Source: Candidatus Methylomirabilis limnetica
GTDB lineage: Bacteria; Methylomirabilota; Methylomirabilia; Methylomirabilales; Methylomirabilaceae
Assembly (NCBI RefSeq): GCF_003044035.1
Contig: NZ_NVQC01000015.1
Span: forward strand, 123,529 to 155,528
Reading direction: 5' to 3'
Length of the DNA stretch: 32,000 bases
Each line of letters begins with the position of its first letter. Position 1 is the first letter of the stretch. The notes below the pieces were generated by a model, which saw only the letters and a program-made list of their open reading frames with translations, was not told the origin of the DNA and ran no database searches. Below, one piece after another: positions 1-7,922 of this stretch. The position numbers and the translations under genes are program-made.

Positions 1-28
1 CTGGAATGCGCCGCCTACTGATCACGCA

Positions 29-170
29 ATGAACTACCCCGCAGCAAGCTGCGGGGTATCGTCTTCTGTTCTGGCCCGTCATTCCGTGCTTGACACGGAA
101 TCCAGTCGGGCCATCTGGATACCGGCTTCCGCCGGTATGACGAACTCGCGGCAAGCCGCAGGGAATGAAC
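29..170 (+). repeat. Composite multi-hairpin intergenic element, copy A (short form lacking the inner CCCCGTA..TACGGGG module)
   Basis: Roughly 90% identical by eye to the copies at 12277-12458, 24488-24658 and 29199-29379. Bounded by ATGAAC (29-34) and ATGAAC (165-170). Hairpins: CCCCGCAGC-AA-GCTGCGGGG, ATTCCGTG/CACGGAAT, ATCCAG/CTGGAT, ATACCGGC/GCCGGTAT, CGCGGC-AA-GCCGC. Confidence 0.85.
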
Positions 171-219
171 CCCCAGTGGATTCAAAGGGCCTACTGCCTG
201 AGCCTTTTTGAACTCACAT

Positions 220-705
220 TCAAGCGACTTCTTCGCGCGGGGTTTCGCATATCTCCAGCACCTGAGCGCCTGTCAATCGGAGAAAATCGCTGGAAGCAAT
301 TCGGATCACCTCGTGGTGGCTTCCCGCGGGAAAGGTGATCGTCGTCTCCTTTATCAAGTGCTGATCAAAGTAGATCGGGACCCCGTAAAGGTTACCGAAG
401 GCAGGCATGGCCCCTGGCTCGCAGCCGATGAATGTCTTCGCGAAATCGGCCTCCGGGTCCAGGGTCGCCGTGCTGTCGTTCAATAGTTGCTGCATTCGAG
501 TGACGTCCAATCGACACTTGGCCGGCAAGACCGCCATGGTCAGACCTTGCTGCCCTTTCAGAATGACCACCTTGGCGAAGGCCCGACCGGGAATATGGGC
601 GGCCCCAGCCACCTCCTGAGCTGTGTAGGCCTCTCGATGAGGGATAACCTCGTACTGTACCTTTTCCTGGTCCAACCACTCACGTACACGCGCCGGCACT
701 GTCAT
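220..705 (-). CDS. YbaK/ProX-type aminoacyl-tRNA deacylase (tRNA_edit domain) protein
   Basis: 161-aa ORF. The ATG at 705 has GGGGAGG about 7 nt upstream. The pattern AKVVILK...CEPGAMPAFGNLYGVPIYFD...ITFPAGS matches my recollection of the YbaK/EbsC family. No search was run. Confidence 0.65.
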   Translation of the reverse strand: MTVPARVREWLDQEKVQYEVIPHREAYTAQEVAGAAHIPGRAFAKVVILKGQQGLTMAVLPAKCRLDVTRMQQLLNDSTATLDPEADFAKTFIGCEPGAMPAFGNLYGVPIYFDQHLIKETTITFPAGSHHEVIRIASSDFLRLTGAQVLEICETPREEVA

Positions 706-841
706 GATCGTACCTCCCCGCAGGTGTTAGCCCTTAGCCAAGGCCCCTGCGCGCCCTCAGCTTCTCCTCCCATCACCGCTCCATCCGCCCACTGAAGTAG
801 TCGTCCCGCTCGCTCCAGGACCGACCGTAAGCCCTCGCTCA

Positions 842-1339
842 CTATTTCTTAGTCTGGATCTTCTTGCGGGCAGGCTCTTTCCCCTTGGGAAGGATGACCG
901 TAAGCATGCCCTCTTTCATCTCTGCCTGAGCCTTCTCCGGGATGACGGTACTCGGCAGGACCATTGACCGGTAGAGTTCTCCTCGATGAAACTCGGAGAA
1001 GTGGCAGGTCCCCTCATCCTTTATGCCTTTATGTTTTGTGACCACTCGTACCGTCAGATGGTTGGGTTCAACCAGAATCTTAATATCCTTGGCGGTGAGC
1101 CCAGCCAAGGCAAAGCTTGCTCGAAGTTCTCCATCAGTCTCAACCAGCTCCGCACAGGGCCGCCACAGAAGCTCCTTTTCAGCCTGGAGCCAATTCTCAG
1201 ACTCGCGGCCGGCTTGCCAACCATGATCTCTGAAAAGCTCATGGGCACGCGCAGACACTTGTCGCTCAATCTCTAACAACTCGCTGAGCAGTGAACCAAC
1301 CTTCTTGACCGACTTGACCGGCACCTTAGGACCTGCCAT
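842..1339 (-). CDS. Small heat-shock protein (Hsp20/alpha-crystallin) with a DUF2934-like N-terminal extension
   Basis: The ORF track gives 842-1360. I prefer the ATG at 1339 (MAGPKV...) because AAGGAGGAG lies just upstream. Alpha-crystallin core: LAGLTAKDIKILVEPNHLTVRV...GELYRSMVLPSTV...AEMKEGMLTVILPK. The N-terminal ARAHELFRDHGWQAGRESENWLQAEKEL fits the DUF2934 W..AE.EL signature. Confidence 0.85.
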   Translation of the reverse strand: MAGPKVPVKSVKKVGSLLSELLEIERQVSARAHELFRDHGWQAGRESENWLQAEKELLWRPCAELVETDGELRASFALAGLTAKDIKILVEPNHLTVRVVTKHKGIKDEGTCHFSEFHRGELYRSMVLPSTVIPEKAQAEMKEGMLTVILPKGKEPARKKIQTKK

Positions 1340-1421
1340 GTCTCTCCTCCTTGTGACCATTTCTGGTCGCCTGCATCAACTTCTGGAACCTGTATCGCCA
1401 AGACGTCACCGGATATAAGTG

Positions 1422-3857
1422 CTACGGCAACTCGTCCTGGCGGTCTGAACTGGGCCGCACCTGGCTATCAGCGCCGTAGGCTCGCGCCTGCTCCGCCATT
1501 TCGCGCAGCCGCCCCTGCACCAGCGCATTCACGCTTCCTTCGGGAAAGGTCCCATCCGGATCGCGCTCACCCGCTTCCCGCCCGGTAAGCAAGGCAATCC
1601 CCTCATCGATGGTTTGAACGGGAATAATCTGAAATTGCCCCGCGGCGACCGCCTCTACAACATCCTCTCTGAGCATGAGATGCCGAACATTACTCGCTGG
1701 GATCAGGACCCCCTGTTCTCCCGTCAGCCCCCTCGCACGGCAGACATCAAAAAACCCTTCGATCTTGGCGTTGACGGCCCCGATAGCCTGAACCACTCCC
1801 TGCTGATTGACCGACCCTGTGACCGCAAATCCCTGCTTGATCGGCAGCCCTGACAGGCTTGAGAGGATCGCATACAGCTCCGCTGAGGAGGCGCTGTCGC
1901 CTTCCACCTCTTCATAGAGTTGTTCGAAGGCGAGACTCGCCGACAGGGCAAGGGGCACCTGCTGCGCGTAGCGGCCACCGAGATAGCCTGAAAGGAGAAG
2001 CACGCCTTTGCTGTGAATACGGCCACCCATCCGAGCTTCGCGCTCGATATCGATGATGCCGCCGCGCCCGAGGAAGGTTCGCGCCGTGATTCGACTCGGC
2101 TTACCGAAGTGATACTCCCCAAGCGAGAGAATGGCAATCCCATTCACTTGACCAACTACGCCGCCATCGGTATCGACAAGGATAGTCCGCTCAGTGATCA
2201 GTTCCTGTAGCCGTTCATCCAGTCGATTGGATCGCTTGATCCTGGCGAGGATAGCCCCCCGCACGTCTTCCGCCATGACCCGGTGGTGCCCGGCCTGCTC
2301 GGCCAGGAAGCTGGCCTCGCGGGCCACATCCAGGAGATGACTGAATGTCGTGGCGAGTCGTTCCTGATCCTCTACCAGGCGAGAGCTATGCTCCACCAGT
2401 TTCGCAACGGCACCCCGATCAAACGCCTTGAGCCCCTCGGTCTCGCAACAGGTTGACAGAAGGCGGGCAAAGGCCAGGATCGTTTCAGGAGTCCGGGCCA
2501 CGCGATCACTAAACTCTGCCTGGACCTTAAATAGCTCCAGAAACTCCGGGTCGAGGGCGTGCAACAGATAGTAGAGCCAGGGACTGCCGATTAGGACCAC
2601 CTTCACGTTGAGCGGGATCGGCTCCGGCTCGAGCGTAACCGTGCTGTAGAGGTGGAACTGCTCCCCTGGCTCTTCGATCTTGATCCGGCGGTTTTTGAGC
2701 GTCCGCTTCAGTTGGTCCCACGCAAAGAATTGTTTGAGCAGCTCCATGGCCTCCAAGACCAGGAAGCCCCCATTGGCCCGGTGCAAGGCGCCCCCCTTGG
2801 CCATCAGGAAGTTGGTGTAGAGGGCACCCATGTGAACCTGATGTTCGATGCGCCCAAGCAGGTTCTGACAGGTGGGGTGGGGTTCGACCACGACTGGCGC
2901 GCCGCCATCTTCCCCATGTTCGATCAAGACATTGACCCGATACCGGTCGAAGGGGTCCAACCCTTGCCGCAGCATGGCAGTCAGTTCCAGCAGCCCTTCT
3001 GTCCCGCTTTGGTCTCGACGAAACAGATCCACGTTGGCGATGACGTCCTCACGTATCGCCTCGAGGTGCGCCCGTACCGCTGCGTGATCTACGTAACGCT
3101 CTTGGACTTCCTCGATCAGATGATCAACCGCAGAGGTCGCGACCTCCCGGTCCATCCCGTCGAGACGGTTCTTCGCCTCTCGCTCCAGATCGCGGATTCG
3201 GCGGCGCGTACCGGCCAGATCCTTCTGCACCTCCTCGCTTCTAAGGTTGACCAGTCGCTTGGTCTCCTCATCGAGGCCCTCAAACTCTTCCGGCTTCAGT
3301 GGCTTCCCTTGAAATAAGGGGATGACCATGAAGCCGCTGGCCGTCTTGGCAAGCCCAAACCCAACCGCCTCCGCACGCTTCCGCAAGGCCTCCAGCTCGT
3401 CACTCGTCTGTTTCTGCAGCTCCTCCAGAATTGTGTGACGGTTCTGCTCATAGGCTTCGGCCTCGAAGGCTCTGGGGACGCCGATCTTCAGCTCCTCCAG
3501 GAGCCGCTTGCAGTCGGCCTGGAAGAGGTGGGCGCGGCCTGGCGGAAGGCATAGCGCGCGGGGACGTTGCGGATCGGCGAAGTTATTGACATAACACCAA
3601 TCAGGGGGGGTGGGGAGCTTAGCCGCCTCGCTGGCCAGGAAGCGCTTGATCGCTGTGGTCTTACCTGTTCCGGCAGGCCCAAGGACGAAGAGATTGAACC
3701 CTTCGCTGCGAATGCCGACACCGAAGGTGATGGCCTGGACAGCGCGATCCTGGGCCACGACCCCCTCCAGCGGTTTGAGTTCGTCAGTCCCTTCGAAGGA
3801 GAGGCTCTCCGGCGGGCATACCTTACGAAGCTGATCTGGTTTCAACGGATCGATCAT
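1422..3857 (-). CDS. Lon-like (LonC / AAA_32-type) protease
   Basis: 811 aa. Walker A is GPAGTGKT. A charged helical insertion of about 200 aa follows it. The Walker B-like segment GGFLVLEA is degenerate (no DE pair). The C-terminal S16 Lon protease domain carries GDSASSAE (Ser) and AVNAKIEGF (Lys). Confidence 0.85.
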   Translation of the reverse strand: MIDPLKPDQLRKVCPPESLSFEGTDELKPLEGVVAQDRAVQAITFGVGIRSEGFNLFVLGPAGTGKTTAIKRFLASEAAKLPTPPDWCYVNNFADPQRPRALCLPPGRAHLFQADCKRLLEELKIGVPRAFEAEAYEQNRHTILEELQKQTSDELEALRKRAEAVGFGLAKTASGFMVIPLFQGKPLKPEEFEGLDEETKRLVNLRSEEVQKDLAGTRRRIRDLEREAKNRLDGMDREVATSAVDHLIEEVQERYVDHAAVRAHLEAIREDVIANVDLFRRDQSGTEGLLELTAMLRQGLDPFDRYRVNVLIEHGEDGGAPVVVEPHPTCQNLLGRIEHQVHMGALYTNFLMAKGGALHRANGGFLVLEAMELLKQFFAWDQLKRTLKNRRIKIEEPGEQFHLYSTVTLEPEPIPLNVKVVLIGSPWLYYLLHALDPEFLELFKVQAEFSDRVARTPETILAFARLLSTCCETEGLKAFDRGAVAKLVEHSSRLVEDQERLATTFSHLLDVAREASFLAEQAGHHRVMAEDVRGAILARIKRSNRLDERLQELITERTILVDTDGGVVGQVNGIAILSLGEYHFGKPSRITARTFLGRGGIIDIEREARMGGRIHSKGVLLLSGYLGGRYAQQVPLALSASLAFEQLYEEVEGDSASSAELYAILSSLSGLPIKQGFAVTGSVNQQGVVQAIGAVNAKIEGFFDVCRARGLTGEQGVLIPASNVRHLMLREDVVEAVAAGQFQIIPVQTIDEGIALLTGREAGERDPDGTFPEGSVNALVQGRLREMAEQARAYGADSQVRPSSDRQDELP

Positions 3858-3861
3858 CGTC

Positions 3862-3999
3862 TCACCGTCCCCCTTTCAACTCCTCCCGAACCGACTGCTT
3901 GGCCCTCTTCCGATCGTAGCGAACCCGCTGTGGCTCTACCTGTGTAGGCCGATGGGGGGCCCGTCCCTTGGGTAGCTTCAGCCTGATCACCAGCTTCAT
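3862..3999 (-). CDS. Candidate 45-aa highly basic small protein, translationally linked to the Lon-like gene
   Basis: Not in the ORF track because it is under 60 aa. Sequence: MKLVIRLKLPKGRAPHRPTQVEPQRVRYDRKRAKQSVREELKGGR. GAAGGA lies about 7 nt upstream of the ATG at 3999. Third codon positions are mostly G/C. The TGA stop at 3862-3864 is 4 nt before the Lon ATG (3857). Confidence 0.35.
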   Translation of the reverse strand: MKLVIRLKLPKGRAPHRPTQVEPQRVRYDRKRAKQSVREELKGGR

Positions 4000-4020
4000 G
4001 GACTATTCCTTCGGAACTAG

Positions 4021-4054
4021 CGTTCAGCAATCAGCGTTTAGCCATCAGCTTCAG
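4021..4054. repeat. Tandem heptamer tract (NNNTCAG x5)
   Basis: Repeat units CGTTCAG CAATCAG CGTTTAG CCATCAG CTTCAG, about 20 nt upstream of the minus-strand start at 3999. Related tracts lie at 19870-19897 and 18126-18148/18241-18258. Confidence 0.8.
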
Positions 4055-4060
4055 ACAAAC

Positions 4061-4147
4061 CCCCCTGACCCCCCTTTCAAAAAAAGGGGGGAGACTTCTA
4101 TGTTTCCTTATCTCCCCCTTTCGTAAAGGGGGATTGAGGGGGTTTTC
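4061..4147. repeat. Pair of C-run/G-run hairpins (CCCCCCTTTCAAAAAAAGGGGGG and CCCCCTTTCGTAAAGGGGG)
   Basis: Direct reading of the sequence. A similar unit, CCTCCTTTTCGAAAAAGGGGGGG, occurs at 29095-29150. Confidence 0.75.
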
Positions 4148-4188
4148 ATGTACCGTGGTGCGGCCGTAGCCTCATGGGATGTTCCGCA

Positions 4189-4752
4189 TTAGAAGGGAAC
4201 CATGGCCGGCTCAATCTGCAGGTTCTTCATCATGATCACGAGATCATGTTCCTCCCCTGTTTGATCTTTGACGTAGTTGTAGAAGACCGCCTCCTTTTCG
4301 AATCCTAACCGCTTAAGAGCACTCAGATTATCCGCCTGATCCCTTATGATCTCGGCGACGAGAATTTCAAGGCCCATCTTCTTGGCGGTGTCGATCAGTT
4401 CCCTGATCATGAGCGTCCCGAGACCCTCCCCCCGGTAGTCTACATCGACGACCATGCGCACCTTTCCCACATGACTAGTCCAGCCGAATTTGCGGCAATG
4501 CAAGGTGGCATCAGCCACGATGGTGTCGTCCACCAAGGCTACGAGCGGAAGGACCTTCTCGTAATCAAGCTCTTCCGCCCACGAATCGATCACCTCCCGG
4601 AGGGATACATCGTCCCGCAGAAAGAGACGATCCTCGCGCGGCACCTTGCAGAAGAAGGCATGAAGCTTCTCCGCATCCTCTTTGACTATTGGGCGAATCG
4701 TGACGCTCGTTCCGGTCTGAAGTGTGACCTGCTTTGGAAATCCGGCTAGCAT
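4189..4752 (-). CDS. GNAT family N-acetyltransferase, Pat-like (protein acetyltransferase-type) N-terminal pattern
   Basis: 187 aa. AAGGAGG lies 8 nt upstream of the ATG at 4752. Acetyl-CoA binding motif: VRMVVDVDYRGEGLGTLMIRELIDTAKKMG. The N-terminal IRPIVKEDAEKLHAFFCKVPREDRLFL resembles the GNAT domain of Pat-type lysine acetyltransferases. Confidence 0.8.
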   Translation of the reverse strand: MLAGFPKQVTLQTGTSVTIRPIVKEDAEKLHAFFCKVPREDRLFLRDDVSLREVIDSWAEELDYEKVLPLVALVDDTIVADATLHCRKFGWTSHVGKVRMVVDVDYRGEGLGTLMIRELIDTAKKMGLEILVAEIIRDQADNLSALKRLGFEKEAVFYNYVKDQTGEEHDLVIMMKNLQIEPAMVPF

Positions 4753-4816
4753 GAGAGAGCCTCCTTTATCGTGAGGTTCGATCCTCTGTCGTGGCTCATG
4801 CCTTTCCCGTCCGTCA

Positions 4817-5143
4817 TCACCTGCTGGGCCCGGCCTTCTGCGGGGGCAGGTACTGCATGAGGGCCCGCTTGATAAGCTCTGACGGGGTGATGTTGCGATT
4901 GGCAGCCTCTGCCGAGAGGCGCAAGATCACGGCACGCGGAAGGCGTATGCTCAAGTCTGCATGTGACTCTGTCGAACTGATATCCGCCCGCGTCTCTTCT
5001 GCCCGCACCTTTGCATCCAGCAAGGATAGGGCCACATCCTCGGCATCGAGCGGTCTCTCTACCTCTATTCCGAGATCCCTCGAAGGTTCAGCCTCTGTCG
5101 ATTCTGCCTGTTGCTTCTGCAATGGCACAGCCTTTGGCTTCAT
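4817..5143 (-). CDS. Ribbon-helix-helix (CopG/Arc/MetJ-type) protein with an acidic N-terminal tail
   Basis: The 240-aa track ORF (4817-5539) overlaps the ATPase in another frame. I use the internal ATG at 5143 (MKPKAVPLQK...), which forms an ATGA overlap with the ATPase stop (5140-5142). RHH signature: LSIRLPRAVILRLSAEAANRNITPSELIKRALMQYL. Confidence 0.6.
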   Translation of the reverse strand: MKPKAVPLQKQQAESTEAEPSRDLGIEVERPLDAEDVALSLLDAKVRAEETRADISSTESHADLSIRLPRAVILRLSAEAANRNITPSELIKRALMQYLPPQKAGPSR

Positions 5144-7899
5144 GCGGTCCCCTCCTGATAACGAAGTCCTTTCCCTGGATCGAGACGGCGAACGATGCCC
5201 TTCCTCGCCTCTTCCGCAAGGAGCAACAGCGCCGCAAAGACTAGCAGAGACCACCAGAACCTTCCATCGAAGGCTGCGGTCCCGAAGATCCGGTTCCCGA
5301 TCTGGCTGTAGACGATCAGGCCGAGAATTGAGATCTCGACCGCGATACCCCAGACGATGAGTCGGTTCCTGAAGAGGCCCATGGAGAGGATCGATGCCCT
5401 CGGGCTCCGGCAAGCATAGACGTTCGCCACCTGGCAGATGACGATCGCGGCGAACGCTACCGTCGTCGCCTGCCTGTAGAGCGGGCTCTCCGCTGACAGG
5501 TCGATGCCCCACTCCCATCCACCGGTAGTAAGATACCACAGCCCGGCGCTCATGGCCGCAGCCGCTTCGATCGGTCCGAGAAAAAGGTACGATCTGGCCA
5601 ACAACGGGAAATTCAAAAGGCGCTCCTCTCTGGACCTCGGCGGGCGATCCATCGTGTTCGGATCCGACGGCTCGGCCCCGAGACCCAGGGCCGGCAGCAT
5701 ATCAGTGCCCAAGTCAACAGCCAGGATCTGAACCACCGTAAGCAGGAGGGGGATCCGAAACACCACCGAGGCCAGATAGGGGACGATCTCCGGAATGTTG
5801 CTCGCAAGGATGTAGGTGACGAACTTCCGGATGTTCTCATAGACCGCCCGCCCCTCTTCTACGGCGTTGACGATGGTGGCGAAGTTGTCATCGAGCAGAA
5901 CGATGTCGGCAGCCTCCTTGGCGACATCGGTCCCGGCGATCCCCATAGCGATTCCGATGTCGGCCTTCTTCAAGGCCGGGGCGTCATTGACCCCGTCGCC
6001 TGTGACAGCGACCACCTCTCCCATCTCCTGAAGGAGCGTCACGACCCGCATCTTCTGGGTAGGGGTCATCCTGGCAAAGAGAATCTCCGGGCTGGCGAGG
6101 GCGGCCTTGAGCTCCTCGTCCCGCATCCGTTCGACCTGGCTACCCTCAAGAACCAGCGCTTCATCCCCGTGGACCATCCCGATAGCCCGTGCGATGGCCA
6201 GGGCGGTGCGACTGTTATCCCCGGTAATCATGATCGGCTTGATCCCAGCCCTCCTGCAGCGGGCTACCGCATCGGGGACCTCCGGTCTTGGCGGATCGTA
6301 CATGGCGATCAGGCCGACGAAGGTCAGATCCCCCTCCGTCTCTTCCATCAACGGGAGCTGGGCGGCATCCGGCAACTCGCGGTACGCCAGGGCCAATACC
6401 CGCAGGGCCGACCCGGCAAACGCATTCAGCCGGTCAACGATCGCCTCACGCTCGGCTTCCCCCAGACCCATCACGAGCCCATCACGCAGGACATAGCGGC
6501 AGATCGACAACACCGATTCGGGGGCGCCTTTCACGTAGGCCACTCTGCTCGCAGACGTCGTCGCGTGAATTGTGGTCATCCGCTTCCGGTCGGCATCGAA
6601 TGGGAATTCCCCAACTCGAGGCGATAAGTCAGGCCCGTTGGGCAGCAGCGCGGCTGCACATTCCAGCAGGGCGATTTCCGTCGGGTCACCGACGAACGTT
6701 GAGGCTGCTGCTCCATCCCGGTCGTGGTGGCGACTGGCGTTATTGCACCCGACCGCTATCGCAAAGAGTGGCGCCCACTGTCTCAGAAGATCGGGGGTCA
6801 CTGGTCCTCCTGCCTCCGTGGTCACTGAACCACCAGAAACCCGAATCTCGCGGCCGTCGAGGTAAATGCGTGTAACAGCCATCCGATTCTCCGTGAGGGT
6901 CCCGGTCTTATCAGTGCAGATCACCGTGGCGCATCCCAGCGTCTCCACAGACACCAGGTTCTTTATGAGCGCCTTCCGTTTGGCCATCCGCTGCCCACTC
7001 ACAGCCAATGCGAGGGTCACCGTCGGCAGGAGGCCTTCCGGAACGTTGGCCACCAGGAGTCCTACCGCAAAGACAAAATTCTCCCAGAAGCTCCGACCCA
7101 TCAGGACCCCGAGCCCAAAGAACGCGAGGCCGATACCGATGGAGATCGCAGCGATCACTCGAGTAACCTTTCGGATTTCTTGCTGAAGAGGGCTCATCTC
7201 GGCCTCGACCCCCGAGGTCAAGTGGGCGATCTTACCGAACTCCGTGCTCATCCCCGTCGCAAAGATAACCACCCTCGCCGTCCCTGAGAGGACGGTAGTG
7301 CCGGCAAAGACGACGTTGGCGCTCTCGACGAGGGGGCCCTCCGTCGCGGCCTCGGCCGTGCGGGTCTTGGGGACCGATTCGCCCGTCAGTGGAGCGTTGT
7401 TGACCCGGAACTGGACCGTAGCGATCACCCGCCCATCGGCAGGTACTCGATCTCCCTCAGCCAGAATCGCAACATCACCCGGCGCCAGCATGGACGCTGA
7501 GGTCTCCCTGACCTCGCCGGCACGAAGGACCTTTACGCGCATAGGCAGCAGAAGCCTCAAGGCGATGATCGCCCGCTCTGCCTTGTATTCTTGCACGAAG
7601 GAGAAGAGGGCGTTCACGCCGACCACTCCGATGATGGCCCAGCCGAGCAGATTCATTCCCTGCCCGGGCTTCATCCAATCCGCTACGAACGCCAGCGCCG
7701 CTGCAGTCCAGAGGAGAATGGCCAGGAAATGGGTACACTGCCTCCCCAGCATAGCAAGGACCGGTATCCTTTCCGCAGCCTGAAGTTCGTTGGGACCGAA
7801 TTCGCTAAGCCGCCTCTCTGCCTCGGCCTCGCTCAACCCTTGGTCAGTGGTTCCAAGGGCCTTCAGCGCCTCTTCAGGTGACAGACGGTGAATCTGCAT
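5140..7899 (-). CDS. P-type cation-transporting ATPase, P2 (Ca2+-ATPase/CtpF-like) class
   Basis: 919 aa. Motifs: TGES actuator, DKTGTLT phosphorylation site, PEGLLPT in M4, and hinge TGDGVNDAPALKKADIGIAMG. The N-terminal cation-ATPase domain reads LSEAEAERRLSEFGPNEL. Confidence 0.92.
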   Translation of the reverse strand: MQIHRLSPEEALKALGTTDQGLSEAEAERRLSEFGPNELQAAERIPVLAMLGRQCTHFLAILLWTAAALAFVADWMKPGQGMNLLGWAIIGVVGVNALFSFVQEYKAERAIIALRLLLPMRVKVLRAGEVRETSASMLAPGDVAILAEGDRVPADGRVIATVQFRVNNAPLTGESVPKTRTAEAATEGPLVESANVVFAGTTVLSGTARVVIFATGMSTEFGKIAHLTSGVEAEMSPLQQEIRKVTRVIAAISIGIGLAFFGLGVLMGRSFWENFVFAVGLLVANVPEGLLPTVTLALAVSGQRMAKRKALIKNLVSVETLGCATVICTDKTGTLTENRMAVTRIYLDGREIRVSGGSVTTEAGGPVTPDLLRQWAPLFAIAVGCNNASRHHDRDGAAASTFVGDPTEIALLECAAALLPNGPDLSPRVGEFPFDADRKRMTTIHATTSASRVAYVKGAPESVLSICRYVLRDGLVMGLGEAEREAIVDRLNAFAGSALRVLALAYRELPDAAQLPLMEETEGDLTFVGLIAMYDPPRPEVPDAVARCRRAGIKPIMITGDNSRTALAIARAIGMVHGDEALVLEGSQVERMRDEELKAALASPEILFARMTPTQKMRVVTLLQEMGEVVAVTGDGVNDAPALKKADIGIAMGIAGTDVAKEAADIVLLDDNFATIVNAVEEGRAVYENIRKFVTYILASNIPEIVPYLASVVFRIPLLLTVVQILAVDLGTDMLPALGLGAEPSDPNTMDRPPRSREERLLNFPLLARSYLFLGPIEAAAAMSAGLWYLTTGGWEWGIDLSAESPLYRQATTVAFAAIVICQVANVYACRSPRASILSMGLFRNRLIVWGIAVEISILGLIVYSQIGNRIFGTAAFDGRFWWSLLVFAALLLLAEEARKGIVRRLDPGKGLRYQEGTA

Positions 7900-7922
7900 A
7901 TTGACTCATCGCCCGCATGATC

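Noticed and set aside
29-211. Short ORFs running through repeats: 29-211, 12184-12411, 12265-12447, 24451-24662, 24532-24732, 29154-29556, 30995-31282, 28153-28422
   Set aside because: They are translations of the composite hairpin element or the MITE in various frames, so the same pseudo-peptides recur at each copy. There is no SD, and their boundaries follow the repeat boundaries.
1381-1421. TAGCACTT upstream of hsp20 as a CIRCE (HrcA) operator, and CTTGGCG.. as a sigma32 promoter
   Set aside because: Only one half-site resembles TTAGCACTC, with no inverted partner 9 nt away. No CCCCAT-type -10 element is present.
4189-5143. RHH plus GNAT as a TacA/TacT-type (AtaR/AtaT-like) toxin-antitoxin pair
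   Set aside because: The RHH gene is ATGA-coupled to the ATPase, not to the GNAT. A 64-bp gap and an independent strong SD separate the two genes. The GNAT N-terminus looks Pat-like rather than TacT-like. The RHH sits at the C-terminus behind an acidic tail, unlike DUF1778 antitoxins. This is not excluded without a phylogeny.
4817-5539. Full 240-aa ORF overlapping the 3' end of the ATPase gene
   Set aside because: The upstream 132 codons overlap the well-supported ATPase frame and are Arg/Pro/Gly-rich. The RHH domain and an ATGA coupling site support the short form starting at 5143.
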